A stretch of 57,668 nucleotides of DNA, filler included, from Catajapyx aquilonaris (lineage: Eukaryota), in assembly GCA_000934665.2 (NCBI GenBank). It is 2 parts of 2 records of this genome, joined end to end, with 100 filler letters (N's around TTAATTAATTAA, not from the genome) between each part and the next. Parts side by side here need not be neighbours in the genome. Positions count along the whole stretch, not along the records: positions 1 to 28,843 come from JYFJ02004878.1; positions 28,944 to 57,668 come from JYFJ02004879.1. One strand, 5' to 3'. The notes under the pieces were generated by a model that made no database searches, was not told the origin of the DNA, and saw only the letters and a list, made by a program, of their open reading frames with translations. The stretch's first letter is position 1. Every line of letters starts with the position of its first letter. Of the stretch, positions 13,447 through 29,653 are shown one piece after another. Made by a program: the position numbers and the translations under genes.

Positions 13447-14676
13447 GTAAGGACTGGAGGACATGTTGTGGTTGCTGAACAAGTCCGACTCGGTAATGGG
13501 CAAGGCCGGATCTGCCTTTAAAACGGCGGCCAGGCAACTAAATTGGTGTCTATAGTTACAGCGTGTGACATTGGCACTCGGTAACATCGATACAGTTGGC
13601 GGTCATCGATTGGCTGGCGTCAATTACGGCGAAATTGGGGGGAAGCCGTGCTTTCCCTCTGTACTGAGATTTTCAGTGATTGGCTAGTGTTGTTCTATTG
13701 GGGTTGTTTTGTGCGGTGTCATTTCTATTGTAGCACAGGTGATAACAATTTCCAGATCGTATAAGGTAGGGAGATGCCAAAAGCACTATTATGTGACGTT
13801 TATTGGAGTATTGGCAATTGCTAAAAAGGCATGGGTATGCCTATTATGTTTCCAGGAAAAATTAACGGCAATTAATGAGCCTCATTCGTACAAAAATATG
13901 CTTGTGTGACGTTCTAATCACATGATGTAGATTTACATTATTTGCAGTAATTTACTTATAGACCTAATTGGATTTCAGTAGAGCATAATTTTCACTAAGG
14001 CAGCCATGCTATTTATAATGAATATTGTGGTCATAAGTATTTACTTTTGCATGCAGTATATACGTTCTTTTCTCTTTTTTGAATAATATTCTTCTTCTTC
14101 TTCTTAAGGCCTATGTAATAGTGAGCTACGCCAAGAGCTTTGTTTACCAAACAAATAATTTTGTTAATTATGCCCACTGTCTGTAAAATCGTTCACTCCA
14201 TTCTTGGAAAATGTATTATTATTGCTTGTATATTTTTTAGACCTACAATATTTTCTCTAGACAAAATCAGGCTTAACGATGCCACGTTTGGCGTAATTCT
14301 GGATAAAATATCGATTGCGACCCGCGATTCACGCGATATACTGTAATGCTCGCCTTAAAGCACGCCTTCCCAAGTCAAGATTAGTTCACATTTCCTGATA
14401 TATCCCTCCTCCAAGAGAAATTTGCAGTTATTTTATCGAGTGTGAAAATATGTGCATTCAGATATAAGTGCGGCCAAATAGATTAAATAGATAAAGTACG
14501 ATACTAGTACATGTGTGCTCCAATTAATAAAGCAGAGCACATGAATGGCGTTAAAATGATCGCTTACACGTCATCACAAAGGAACAGACACGAAAATGCT
14601 CTGCAATCTTTTACATCTAGACTGACCTTTGAGACGAAAAGTCCTCTAACTTCTCTGCAAAGCGAATATATTGTAA

Positions 14677-18901
<4,225 letters not shown>

Positions 18902-21569
18902 CCTCAGCCACAATTCAAGCACCACAACTCGTTTCCCCGCTGACACCAGTTGTGGAGGCTTGGACCGGGGGACTGAGACCACCATGCGCTTGAAGACGCT
19001 AATCTGGATCTTCCATCACCAAAAAAAAAAAAAATCATGTTCTACACAAGTTCTGTGATCTACGGTGCCCTATTTGGTTAAATGTGCTTATGAAGTCTGT
19101 ACACTGTACAGGCCTGTAGAAGAAAGCAGAATTTGCAGAGTCAGCTGCGTGACTAGGTGACACATAGAGTCAAGGTATGTTGGATCCAGAGACTCCAGTT
19201 GGTGCAGTTTTAATCAGTTACAGATGACTGTGACTAGGTCATGCCTATCTAGCACAACAACAATCAATCCCCCATATTCCAGCAATGGAGAGGGGTGGAA
19301 TTGTATATGCATCTGTAACTGGTTCAATCTACTCTCACGGCTCTCTGGCTACAAACTCCACGTACCCTATGGGACATAGTGAACTGTGATTAAATGGCAT
19401 GTAGGCACAATAAAAATGGGGGCATTTTTTATAGACTCTATTAACATTGTACAGCCTTGGTGAAAGCAATTTTGTAGTATAAAAATGTTAATAATAGTGA
19501 CATATTGCACCTTGACATAACTGTAACACCCTTTATGGTCGTTCCACATTTCTCCCATTTGACTTGAATCTGCTGGAGAAGATTGTCATGTTACGAATGG
19601 TCACTGTATGTGGAAGCAAGCCGGGGTATTTAATGTTGAATATATATGTCCCCTCATGGCATTCCAAGTGGGTTGTCCAGTGGAGTCAGCCGATGCTTCC
19701 AGTGCCTCACTGGGCTAGTATTCATGATCAAAGTGCACTTGAAGTTAAACTCAGAGACAGACAAAACGTCAATATCATTATGCTTATGCCTTATGGACAT
19801 TTTAGTTATATAAACATGTTATATTAGGCCCCATCAGTTTCGATTGGTTCCACTTCAATAATATTCAATCCTGCTTCAGATGAGTCATGAGGTTAGAATA
19901 TTCATTATAACTCATCATGAAAATAATGTAGAGAGTGAACACTCTCTACTACAGAAATGACAACCATTACTGTACTCATAACTTCTCAAATGCAAAGAGT
20001 TCATGCCAATATAACTGCGACAATTTAGCTTCCAATGATTGGAAAAAATATACAGTAAACTGTGTGTGGATAACAATGCCACATAATTACCTTAAGAAAA
20101 CAGAGTAATTTAGCCAAACCATCTGTGCCCTATTCAAATAAAGTGGCACTAAATCCCTTCACAACTGTTTGCAGTTACTGTTGAATCTATTCTCTGCATT
20201 TATTGAGGTTAATAAAGAGCCCCCTCAGTTCAAACTGTATATTAACTTGCACGTACAATAAATCAAAATGTGGCTCAGTGAATACTGCATTTGATAGTCT
20301 CACAAAATTAAAGTGAAACATATCTGTACAGCTTATGAAAACATGGTATTTGTGTCTGTTGTCTGCTAACGTTTAGGCACTTTCAAAATTATTCATGATT
20401 GTGCCTTATTGGAGAGGTACACCCATTTAGCGAAATGTTCAACAAATATTAGAATTCATAAACAAAAGCATCTACATGAATTCAGATATTGGACAGCCTG
20501 AATTATTCATCCTTTTATGCTGCCATATGACTGTTGCAAAAATAATATGTTGGCCTAAATAACTTTGCCTTAATAATTTATTTTCCTTATAATGCAGTCA
20601 GTTCCTAACATATGGGTATTCTCACAAGACAATATTCTCAGTTACAATGATGATCAGGTTCGGATGCCATTGATAAATGACCTTTCAACTCACATATCTG
20701 CCACTGTTAAGTATTAAAAATAAAATTTTATCCCACATTATATTTATGATGTCACATGGCTACCAAGGAGAAAGCATCAAAATTTAATATTGCCTGTAGC
20801 ATATTTATTTTTCTCATGGATTGAAATATTATAAACTATGGTTTCGTGTTGATACCACCGTTGAAAAGTCATCTTATGTGGTGTTGTAGAAGCAGGCAGA
20901 ACTTAATGAACCTGAGTACACCATACAAAGGTCATAGGCAATTTACTAACATATAACGGAAAGCTGACCATGTAGTTAGATATGTTAGATATGTAGTTCA
21001 CTTCAATCTTGCGATACTGTCTGCGTTTGGCCCTTCAGCATATGAGCTGAAAAGCTAGTGACAAATCCCAACCTAATATTGCATATGTGCATGTGCATGA
21101 ATAAACTCGGTACTACAAACATTAGAAAAGCATGTGGTGAACTTATTCTTATTTTTGACAGAATCGATTTTTTAAATAATTCTCAGTTGTTCATCCTACA
21201 TGGCTTTGTTTGTGTACTGTAGCTTTCACATTACAAAACAGTCCCAAATCCATTTATTTGCAGCCTGAAATAAGTATTACAAAATGATAATCAAATATCA
21301 CTATTGAAAATTACTTCTGGTTGTGACTATATAGATGCAGTACATTACACAAAGAAAAGTGTTGGACAATGTATCCTGACAGCTATCAACTACTATAAGC
21401 ACTCTAGCAATGTGAAAGTATTTTCCTCCCTAACCTTCACCTTTCTATTTTGTTGATCATTGCATAGCTCTAGGATACATGATGTGTCTCACATTTTTTT
21501 GGCATAGAGTAACTTACCATCATCACATTATCATTAGCTATTTTGTTTTGTTTCTGGCATTGTCCAAGA

Positions 21570-21634
21570 GCCCCTGTAGTTTAGTGGCAGAACACATGCT
21601 TGCATGGACCTGGGTTCGATTCCCAGCAGGAGCA
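21570..21634 (+). pseudogene. Degenerate tRNA-like sequence (tRNA pseudogene or SINE head)
   Basis: A box TAGTTTAGTGG, B box GGTTCGATTCC, acceptor stem GCCCCTG/CAGGAGC. Only 65 nt, with a shortened anticodon/variable region. Confidence 0.6.
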
Positions 21635-21769
21635 TGGGGGCAAGGCCTAATCTGGACTTGAGTCGCATAGAAATTGTAAACTTATAAATATGCAAATAAT
21701 ATGTTCTACCCCAATGCTTAATGTACACAGGCGATAAACAAGAGAGTTACCAAGGCTCTCAGATAATTA

Positions 21770-22066
21770 ATTTAATACCCCATTATCAGCCAACCGGCTT
21801 TTCTAGGGGGGGAGGGGGGATTACTCCCAATTTTTTGTCTGGAACTCTTCCATTTTTTACTACCTTTTCATCGGAATTAAGCAGGAATAGGGAAGGAAGG
21901 AAGCGGCTGTGGCCTATAATTACGGTAACGACCCCGGAATTGTCCTGCGAGGACCATGGGAAACCACAAAAAACCATGGTCAGGGTCGCCGGCCTCCGGG
22001 ATTCGAACCCAGGACCTCCCGATTAGCAGTCGGACACCTTATCCACTCCACCACTACTGCTTCGGT
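21770..22066 (-). mobile_element. tRNA-derived SINE with perfect 16-bp TSD
   Basis: GGCTCTCAGATAATTA at 21754-21769 and 22067-22082. Minus strand has A box TGGTGGAGTGG, a GCT anticodon-like loop, B box GGTTCGAATCC, and a body GTGGTTTCCC...AGGCCACAGCCGCTTCCTTCCC resembling widespread arthropod SINE central domains. Confidence 0.92.
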
Positions 22067-22574
22067 GGCTCTCAGATAATTACGGGATCAGAGCGATGGA
22101 TTTGACTTTGTTTGCACCAGATAATATCGCAATGGTTACTTTTCCAAACCTGTAAAAATGTTCCATAATTCCTCTTGCATGTTCCTCTTCTTTGCAGGTA
22201 TACGTACTTAACACAAAATCATCTTGCTGACAGATTTTGTGGTTTTTTCAATGGCTGAAGAAAGATTAACTGGGTACACTCACTTGTCAGACCAGGACAA
22301 CTGATGGGCTTCCCTTACACCTGCTTTGCAACTTCGTTCGCCTGAGGCCTCTCCTACCTCTGAACTAAACTCTTAACTTTTGCAATTAAATCGCTCCTTG
22401 CAGAAAGAGCTATTACAAGTAAGTCACCAAAACTGAGCATTTTCGTTTGTTGTGAGTAAAATTCTACACACGCAAAGGACTACCATAAACTGTCACAATA
22501 AGTTAAGCTAGTCTACATCCCAAATGAAGCAGAAAATTGAGCCCTTCATAGTGACAGAGCATGTCATTGTTATA

Positions 22575-23434
22575 CGGTCAATGTGTTTAACCCGGGCATT
22601 TTGTAAAATGACCGGGGCACTGTATAGAATCCCCAATTTTTTGGGCAGTGTGTATAATGGGAAGTCGTTTCACAAATGGCCCGGACATTTTATACAATGC
22701 CCACAGTTCGTTGGGCAGTGTGTTGATTCTTTTATCTTCATCTGTTATCGCTTGTACTCTGCATATCGCTCCTACACATTCTTCTATTCAGATAGACGTG
22801 TCTGTCCTCTCAGTCGTATTTTATTTCACTTACGTATTTTCCCCGTGTTGATGATGACCTGTAGAGTACACGCTGGGCTCTGAATATGGCCAACTCAAGC
22901 ACAAGTACACGCATCCAGAAATACATCCGTGCAAAGAAAGATTTATTATACTTAGCTGCTGTTACTGCAAAGGCGGATAGCAAACAGATTTCTCTGAGGG
23001 AGGCGGGATCTTACAACAGCGTGTCAGGGTCACAGGGGTATGAGAAATGCAACTGCTAAGTTTACCAAATATGTTTCAAAAAAGTCCGCGTGCAGAGCTA
23101 CCGGTCAGATCTGTAATTCCAAGTGCTACAGTTATTTGCCTTGCTCCAATAAATGATCCTTACGATTAACGCTGATTATAATGCCTGTATGTTGATTTTG
23201 ACTAAGAGATTTATTATCTCAATAAAAAACACATTTTTGAAATTTCCTTGTCAGAGCGATTTCATACATACGCTATACATCGACCACCACCCTCTAGGTA
23301 TTCTGTATAATGACCGGACATTTTATACATTGACCGAAACTTGTTAAGGGCATTATACACACTACCCAAAAAATTGGGAATTCTATACAGTGCCCGGTCA
23401 TTTTACAAACCTCCCGGGTTGAACACATTGACAG
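22575..23434. mobile_element. TA-flanked MITE (Tc1/mariner/pogo-like) with about 85-bp imperfect TIRs
   Basis: TA|CGGTCAATGTGTTTAACCCGGG...CCCGGGTTGAACACATTGACAG|TA, with an internally repeated CCGGACATTTTATACA motif. Confidence 0.82.
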
Positions 23435-23864
23435 TAACATCATCACTGGAAATAATAGTGAAACTGACCAAGTTGTTGTTTGGAGCATTTCAAGGTTATA
23501 ACGTTGATACAATGTGCAGGGACAACTTGTCTACGGCTCGGCAGGATCAACTGAAATGAGGAAAACATTCCTAATTATGTGTTTTAAGTCAATGTAGGCC
23601 TACATAATCTGAAAATTTTCTAATTCGCACAATCGGACCTAAGTGATGGTTAAAGTTTTGTGTGAAATCCAGGGCAATAAACCTTTATATTTTATATAAA
23701 AGTATATCCAAGGTAAAATAAAAGGTCATACAAATACTTGTCAGATTACTATATGCCTAGTTTTGTCACTAAGCTGCTACTTTTTCATTGTTACTATTAT
23801 GCCAAACTATCATCCATTCAAGCTCTGAATTGTAAAATGTGTCTGATTAGGAATGGCCCATTGG

Positions 23865-24335
23865 CAATGACGTATTTAGCCTTTTGCCGCCCCTAGGCAT
23901 AACCTTATCTGCCACCCCCCCCCCCCCCCNAATTTGCGGATTTCAAGGCCAAATATCTCGAAAATTGTTGTTTCAAATTATTTTGAAATTTTGGTGATTC
24001 AAGTACTTAGCAAAGGGGTTACTATACATTTTCTATGCCGCTCCAAGGTGAATCGGCCGATGCCCAGACAAGTAAGGGTGAAAGTCGCCTGTAGATCCTG
24101 CACAGATCCCCACTGTCCTAGGGGGGAAGGGTGCACGCGACTTTCGCCTTACTGGTCTCGAGCATCGGGCGATTCATCTTGGGGCGGCACATGAACGGTG
24201 ACGCCATAAAGTCTTGCATAAAGTGCATATTTTCGCACGCGTCAAAATTTTATCGCGGAAAAAATTATCTTGACTCTATAGGGCGGCAAATTTTGCCGCC
24301 CCCTAAAATTTGCCGCCCTAGGTAATATGTCACTG
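23865..24335. mobile_element. hAT-type non-autonomous element with perfect 8-bp TSD
   Basis: CCCATTGG at 23857-23864 and 24336-24343; TIRs CAATGACGTATT/AATATGTCACTG; subterminal TTTGCCGCCCC repeats. Confidence 0.9.
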
Positions 24336-24549
24336 CCCATTGGAACAATTGGCATCTCACGTCATTGACAGAAAACTTTTTGCAAGGCAGACATCCTTGC
24401 AGACAAGCTTGCAGGCACCTAATATAAGAGGCTAATACTTTTGATAACCATTAAACCTATGCAAAAGTAGCTGCTACAAAATAAACAGCTTAGTGTCAAA
24501 AATAACCATAGCAGTAGGGACAGTATTTTTGATAACCCTATAATTTGTT

Positions 24550-24777
24550 GCATCAGATTCTGTGTAGGTAATTACGATGGATGTTCAAAGCGTGCTGCTT
24601 TACCCAAAATACCAAAACAGTGCTAAGAGAAAGCTTCAAGTGCACAGTTATTTTTCAACGTGTTGTCCCAATGATGGCCATGTCCACTTGTATGTGTGCC
24701 ACAAAGGAAATGGAGGTGTCAGTGCAATTGATTTCACTTCATGCATATTGGATCTTCTTCATGATCTATACCCTTGA
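24550..24777 (+). mobile_element. Decayed Sola(1)-like transposase fragment
   Basis: VITMDVQSVLLYPK...KRKLQVHSYF...HLYVCHKGNGGVSAIDFTSCI resembles the Sola catalytic region pattern (MDLQxVLLxP...KxKLxVHNF...YxWHEGxGG..ANEFxSC), recalled from memory. In-frame stops on both sides; inverted repeats at about 23731-23785 and 24464-24530. Confidence 0.65.
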
Positions 24778-25313
24778 CCATGCAACTGATCACTCTCATC
24801 TCACAAGGGAAGTGTAAATGTTGTCAGTGGAGTTTCTGAATGAAACTTGGCACAATAATATAGGCAGGTAAAGTTATTAAAGAAAATGCAAACAATTTAG
24901 GCGGATGCCCACAAGGTTAAAGGTTATGACCTCTCGAACTCAGAAGGGACACTTTCCAAGGTCTCACAACAACAATGTCTTCCAATCACTCCAATCATGT
25001 CCGTACAACGATCACATCTTACGTAGGCCTACTCTCTGCAACTCATCTCATACTTTCGATTTTTTCATGTATTGTATGTATGTGTATTTTTTTAAGCCAC
25101 AACGAGAAGGACTTCTAATGAACTTTCCAAAAATGCCACCGGACTGTATTTTTTCGTTATTTATGGATATCCATATACAATAATGACGCAACTTTACAAT
25201 TATTTTTGTGCCATTGTCTCCAAATTACTTTTCTGTAATATACAGTTGGAATGTGGGCTGTGTGAACCAACTGCCCATTCGGCCTAGGCCTCAGGGCGGG
25301 GTTAATAAACCTA

Positions 25314-25315
<2 letters not shown>

Positions 25316-25390
<75 letters not shown>
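25316..25390. repeat. (TAT)~25 tract, probable retroposon 3' tail
   Basis: Directly follows GTTAATAAACCTATC and abuts the left TIR of the foldback element. Confidence 0.9.
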
Positions 25391-28016
25391 GGCTGGTGCC
25401 ATTTCAATCCAGACGGAGGGTGCCCAGTCATGGTCTTCGATTTAAAAAATATATATATGTGAAACCCACATCCAATTGAACCCTTATGGAGCAATCAGTT
25501 TTACGAGATTAAATTTAGTTATCGATATATTAATATTTCTTTCAAGGGGTACCAAAATAACCTTTACGGGAAGTGCACTTTTTCCATTGCTTTCAATGAG
25601 TATAATTCGGGAACTGTTCGGAAAACCAACATGAAATTTTAAACTCATGCTTTTGGAAGAACACGCTGTCATGTAATGCATAAATTTACCTTATTTAATG
25701 GCACAGTCACCTGCAAAAAAATCTCCAACATTGCATATTTTGGTCAAAATTCGCATATTTCGCAATTTATTACGGCGTTATGGTAAACGTGACGATTATG
25801 CAGATTATATTTTGTGATATACTCGGTGACCCCTTAAAGGTTATGCAATAAAACCTTTGCTAGCTCCGCGTGTCGTTGAGATATGCGAGGTGAAAATATG
25901 GCAACAAGCGAAAACACGCATATTTCAAAAATTATTTTCTCAAAAACCCCATTTTTTTATTATTATTATTTTACACGGACAGACAGGTTTTAAAACGAGG
26001 TAGTGTCAAAACCCGGTGCATATTTTTTGTAAGTGAGATACAATTTCTTTTCAGATGACAAATTTCGCCATTGTGCTACAATATAGCATATTTTCTCGAA
26101 GAAGCCATTTTAAATATTTAATCGTTATTTTTTGTATGACAAAGTAGCATGAGTTCTATTATAAAATTATATCACAATGGCGTAATTTACTGGTACAGTC
26201 ATCTAAAAAAATCGCCAAAAGTGCTTGTTTTGTTGAAAATTCACTTAGTATACGCAATTTATTATGGAGTTATTATTAAGGTTATACAAATGAAACCAAT
26301 TATATTATGTAGGCCTACAACGTAGTTAAAGGGCATGTTGTAAGGACAAATAATATCATTAATATCTGCATAATATGGTCATATGAGAAAACATGCCTGA
26401 AAGATACATTTTTTATTCAAAAATGCCATTTTTTATTTCTTTTCTTTTCTTTTGTGTAGATAATGACGCTCTGTCAAAAGATATATTACAAACCCGGGGC
26501 ACATGCGTAGTAATTGAACGCTATATTTTTGAATGTTGCTAACTTTCGTCGAATTTGATCGTCTCCCAAAGCGTTTGCCGATCGTAATTTTGCACTTTTG
26601 ATGTGTCAGTAGCAAATAATACCCGCAGAAAATAACTGAAGGACTTCCTAATACATCTGCATTAACGTGATTTAACTTTCTCATATAACAATAAAGATAA
26701 TAAGTTTTGCACAGCTATATACTGCATAATATATTTTGCGCTGATAAGAAACATTTACTTACTTTCTATAGTTATTACAACCTCCTTTATGTGCTCTTGC
26801 TACGAGAAGTGTATGTCCGTGACATTACTGCAGATCAGTCCTCAATAAACCAATGATGGCAGGATTGGATTACTACGCATGTGCCCCGGGTTTGTAATAT
26901 ATCTTTTGACAGAGCGTCATTATCTACACAAAAGAAAAGAAAAGAAATAAAAAATGGCATTTTTGAATAAAAAATGTATCTTTCAGGCATGTTTTCTCAT
27001 ATGACCATAATTAGACCAGGTGTACCTCTTCTTTGAATGCAGATATTAATGATATTATTTGTCCTTACAACATGCCCTTTAACTACGTTGTAGGCCTACA
27101 TAATATAATTGGTTTCATTTGTATAACCTTAATAATAACTCCATAATAAATTGCGTATACTAAGTGAATTTTCAACAAAACAAGCACTTTTGGCGATTTT
27201 TTTAGATGACTGTACCAGTAAATTACGCCATTGTGATATAATTTTATAATAGAACTCATGCTACTTTGTCATACAAAAAATAACGATTAAATATTTAAAA
27301 TGGCTTCTTCGAGAAAATATGCTATATTGTAGCACAATGGCGAAATTTGTCATCTGAAAAGAAATTGTATCTCACTTACAAAAAATATGCACCGGGTTTT
27401 GACACTACCTCGTTTTAAAACCTGTCTGTCCGTGTAAAATAAAAAAATAAAAAAATGGGGTTTTTGAGAAAATAATTTTTGAAATATGCGTGTTTTCGCT
27501 TGTTGCCATATTTTCACCTCGCATATCTCAACGACACGCGGAGCTAGCAAAGGTTTTATTGCGTAACCTTTAAGGGGTCACCGATTATATCACAAAATAT
27601 AATCGGCATAATCGTCACGTTTACCATAACGCCGTAATAAATTGCGAAATATGAGAATTTTGACCAAAATATGCAATGTTGGAGATTTTTTGCAGGTGAC
27701 TGTACCATTAAATAAGGTAAATTTATGCATTACATGACAGCGTGTTCTTCCAAAAGCATGAGTTTAAAATTTCATGTTGGTTTTCCGAACATTTCCCGAA
27801 TTATACTCATTGAAAGCAATGGAAAAAGTGCACTTCCCGTAAAGGTTACTTTGGTACCCCTTGAAAGAAATATTAATATATCGATAACTAAATTTAATCT
27901 CGTAAAACTGATTGCTCCATAAGGGTTCAATTGGATGTGGGTTTCACATATTTTTTTAAAAAAAAATCGAAGACCATGACTGGGCACCCTCCGTCTGGAT
28001 TGAAATGTAACCAGCC
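25391..28016. mobile_element. 2.6-kb foldback element with about 1.1-kb TIRs, embedded in a (TAT)n tract
   Basis: Arms 25391-26514 and 26869-28016 are reverse complements (GGCTGG...CCAGCC) around a 354-bp spacer. Mirrored ORFs in the track (25484-25681 minus, 27725-27922 plus) confirm the symmetry. No transposase. Confidence 0.92.

Positions 28017-28085
<69 letters not shown>
28017..28085. repeat. (TAT)23 tract, right flank of the foldback element
   Basis: Read directly. Confidence 0.95.
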
Positions 28086-28088
<3 letters not shown>

Positions 28089-28536
28089 AGATTTAAGAGC
28101 TGGCACAAAGGCTACACAAACCACCTAGAAAAGTGAGAACATCCTGCGACTCTCACGTTATTTAATTTTCAATTCATAACATATTATATTCAAACCACTT
28201 CGGCCTCATTATAAGAGCCTCATATCAAGATGCACGGCAGTGCATCCGCCAAGTCTCAGCCACTTCCACCGCCACTGACCCTCACTATAGCCCTTCACTC
28301 CTTCACTCCTTTACTCTTACGTCTCGCGCTGCCGTGTATCTTTACTGGAGCCAACTCGTACTCTACACTTCGGCATTTTCTAGTTCGGCACAGGAAAATG
28401 CTGCAAGTCTGAAATTTTAATACGACGATGGGGCACACTCGGGGACCATACAAATAAATTGTCGTAAAATTTGGACCACTAGGTCTACAACAGGAGCGGG
28501 CCCAAATTGGAGTTTTTTTCTTCCCATTCATATATA

Positions 28537-28843
28537 TAGGGTGTATCTGAACTCAGTGCCCCGACGTATATGGCCGCCTTCCTAGCCACCAGAGGATCGA
28601 TTTAAGTATAGGAATCATTATATTTGGCCGCCGCATTACGGAGATACACTCTTTAGCGATTTTTGCGTAATCGCTCCTTCTGACTTTTAAATAGAATTTT
28701 CTGGTGTAACTAGCCAAAGAGGCCTTACCACCTGAGGGAAGGAAGGATGACTGCCTTCCTAGCCACCAGAGGATCGATTTAAGTATAGGAATCATTATGT
28801 TTGGCCGCCGCATTACGGAGATACACTCTTCAGCGATTTTTGC
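28537..28843 (+). repeat. 177-bp tandem repeat behind a Tc1/mariner-like end, running into the gap
   Basis: Begins TA|TAGGGTGTATC. GCCTTCCTAGCCACCAGAGG recurs at 28576 and 28753; the second copy is cut by Ns. Confidence 0.75.
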
Positions 28844-28943
28844 NNNNNNNNNNNNNNNNNNNNNNNNNNNNNNNNNNNNNNNNNNNNTTAATTAATTAAN
28901 NNNNNNNNNNNNNNNNNNNNNNNNNNNNNNNNNNNNNNNNNNN
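28844..28943. other. Assembly gap (100 nt) with artificial TTAATTAATTAA linker
   Basis: 44 N + TTAATTAATTAA + 44 N; the 12-mer gives stops in all six frames, typical of a scaffold spacer. Confidence 0.95.
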
Positions 28944-29358
28944 ACATGATAGAGTTATCGTATCTAAGACAAATTTAATAATATTTTTGATTGTTGGCAA
29001 CAACCATAATCGAGTCACTCAACTGTTGACGCCTAAGGAGTATACCGTGGAAACTGAATGAAATATAATAACAAGTTGAATGAATGAAATGTTCATTTAA
29101 TAATAATGTAATGAAAATAAGGTAAGGCATATATTTATTTAAGCGGTTAGCGTACGTAATTCCGCATAAAGTGTAGAGATGATATTTACACAAAATAATA
29201 TTCTAAATAATGTGTGACTGTTGTCACACATGGATTCCAGTTGCACGCATTGCTGCTCATAATGAATTATTCACTTATAATTTTATTTCGGGGTTCTATT
29301 ACGTCCTTGGGTTTTTTGTGTAGGGGATCGGGCACTGCAGCACGTCGGGCCGGATACG

Positions 29359-29653
29359 TGTTCAAAATATGAAGGCTGTACTTGCAACGGTTTCTGAGAT
29401 ATGCTTGACAGAAAAACGTCCTCTGAACAACAACAACAAGGAAAATTTTCATTGTTGTTTTCGCACGAGGATCTTACTTACATTGTAGGGACGATAGTCC
29501 CTACAATGTTCAAAATATGAAGGCTGTACTTGCAACGGTTTTTGAGATATGCTTGACAGAAAAACGTCCTCTGAACAACAACAACAAGGAAAATTTTCAT
29601 TGTTGTTTTTGCACGAGGATCTTACTTATAGGGACTATCGTCCCTACAATAAT
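29359..29653 (-). mobile_element. Helentron-associated (HINE/DINE-1/pearl-like) element with two 148-bp tandem units
   Basis: Units start at 29359 and 29507. Each has a TAGGGAC-loop-GTCCCTA hairpin, a short (AAC)n run and a core ACGGTTT(C/T)TGAGATATG. On the minus strand it begins TTATT plus hairpin. Confidence 0.55.

Noticed and set aside
28888..28899. Palindromic TTAATTAATTAA island between N runs
   Set aside because: It is centred exactly in a 100-nt gap and stops all six frames, so it is an assembly linker.
29359..29653. CRISPR-like repeat pattern
   Set aside because: Two contiguous 148-bp units with no unique spacers, in a eukaryotic context.
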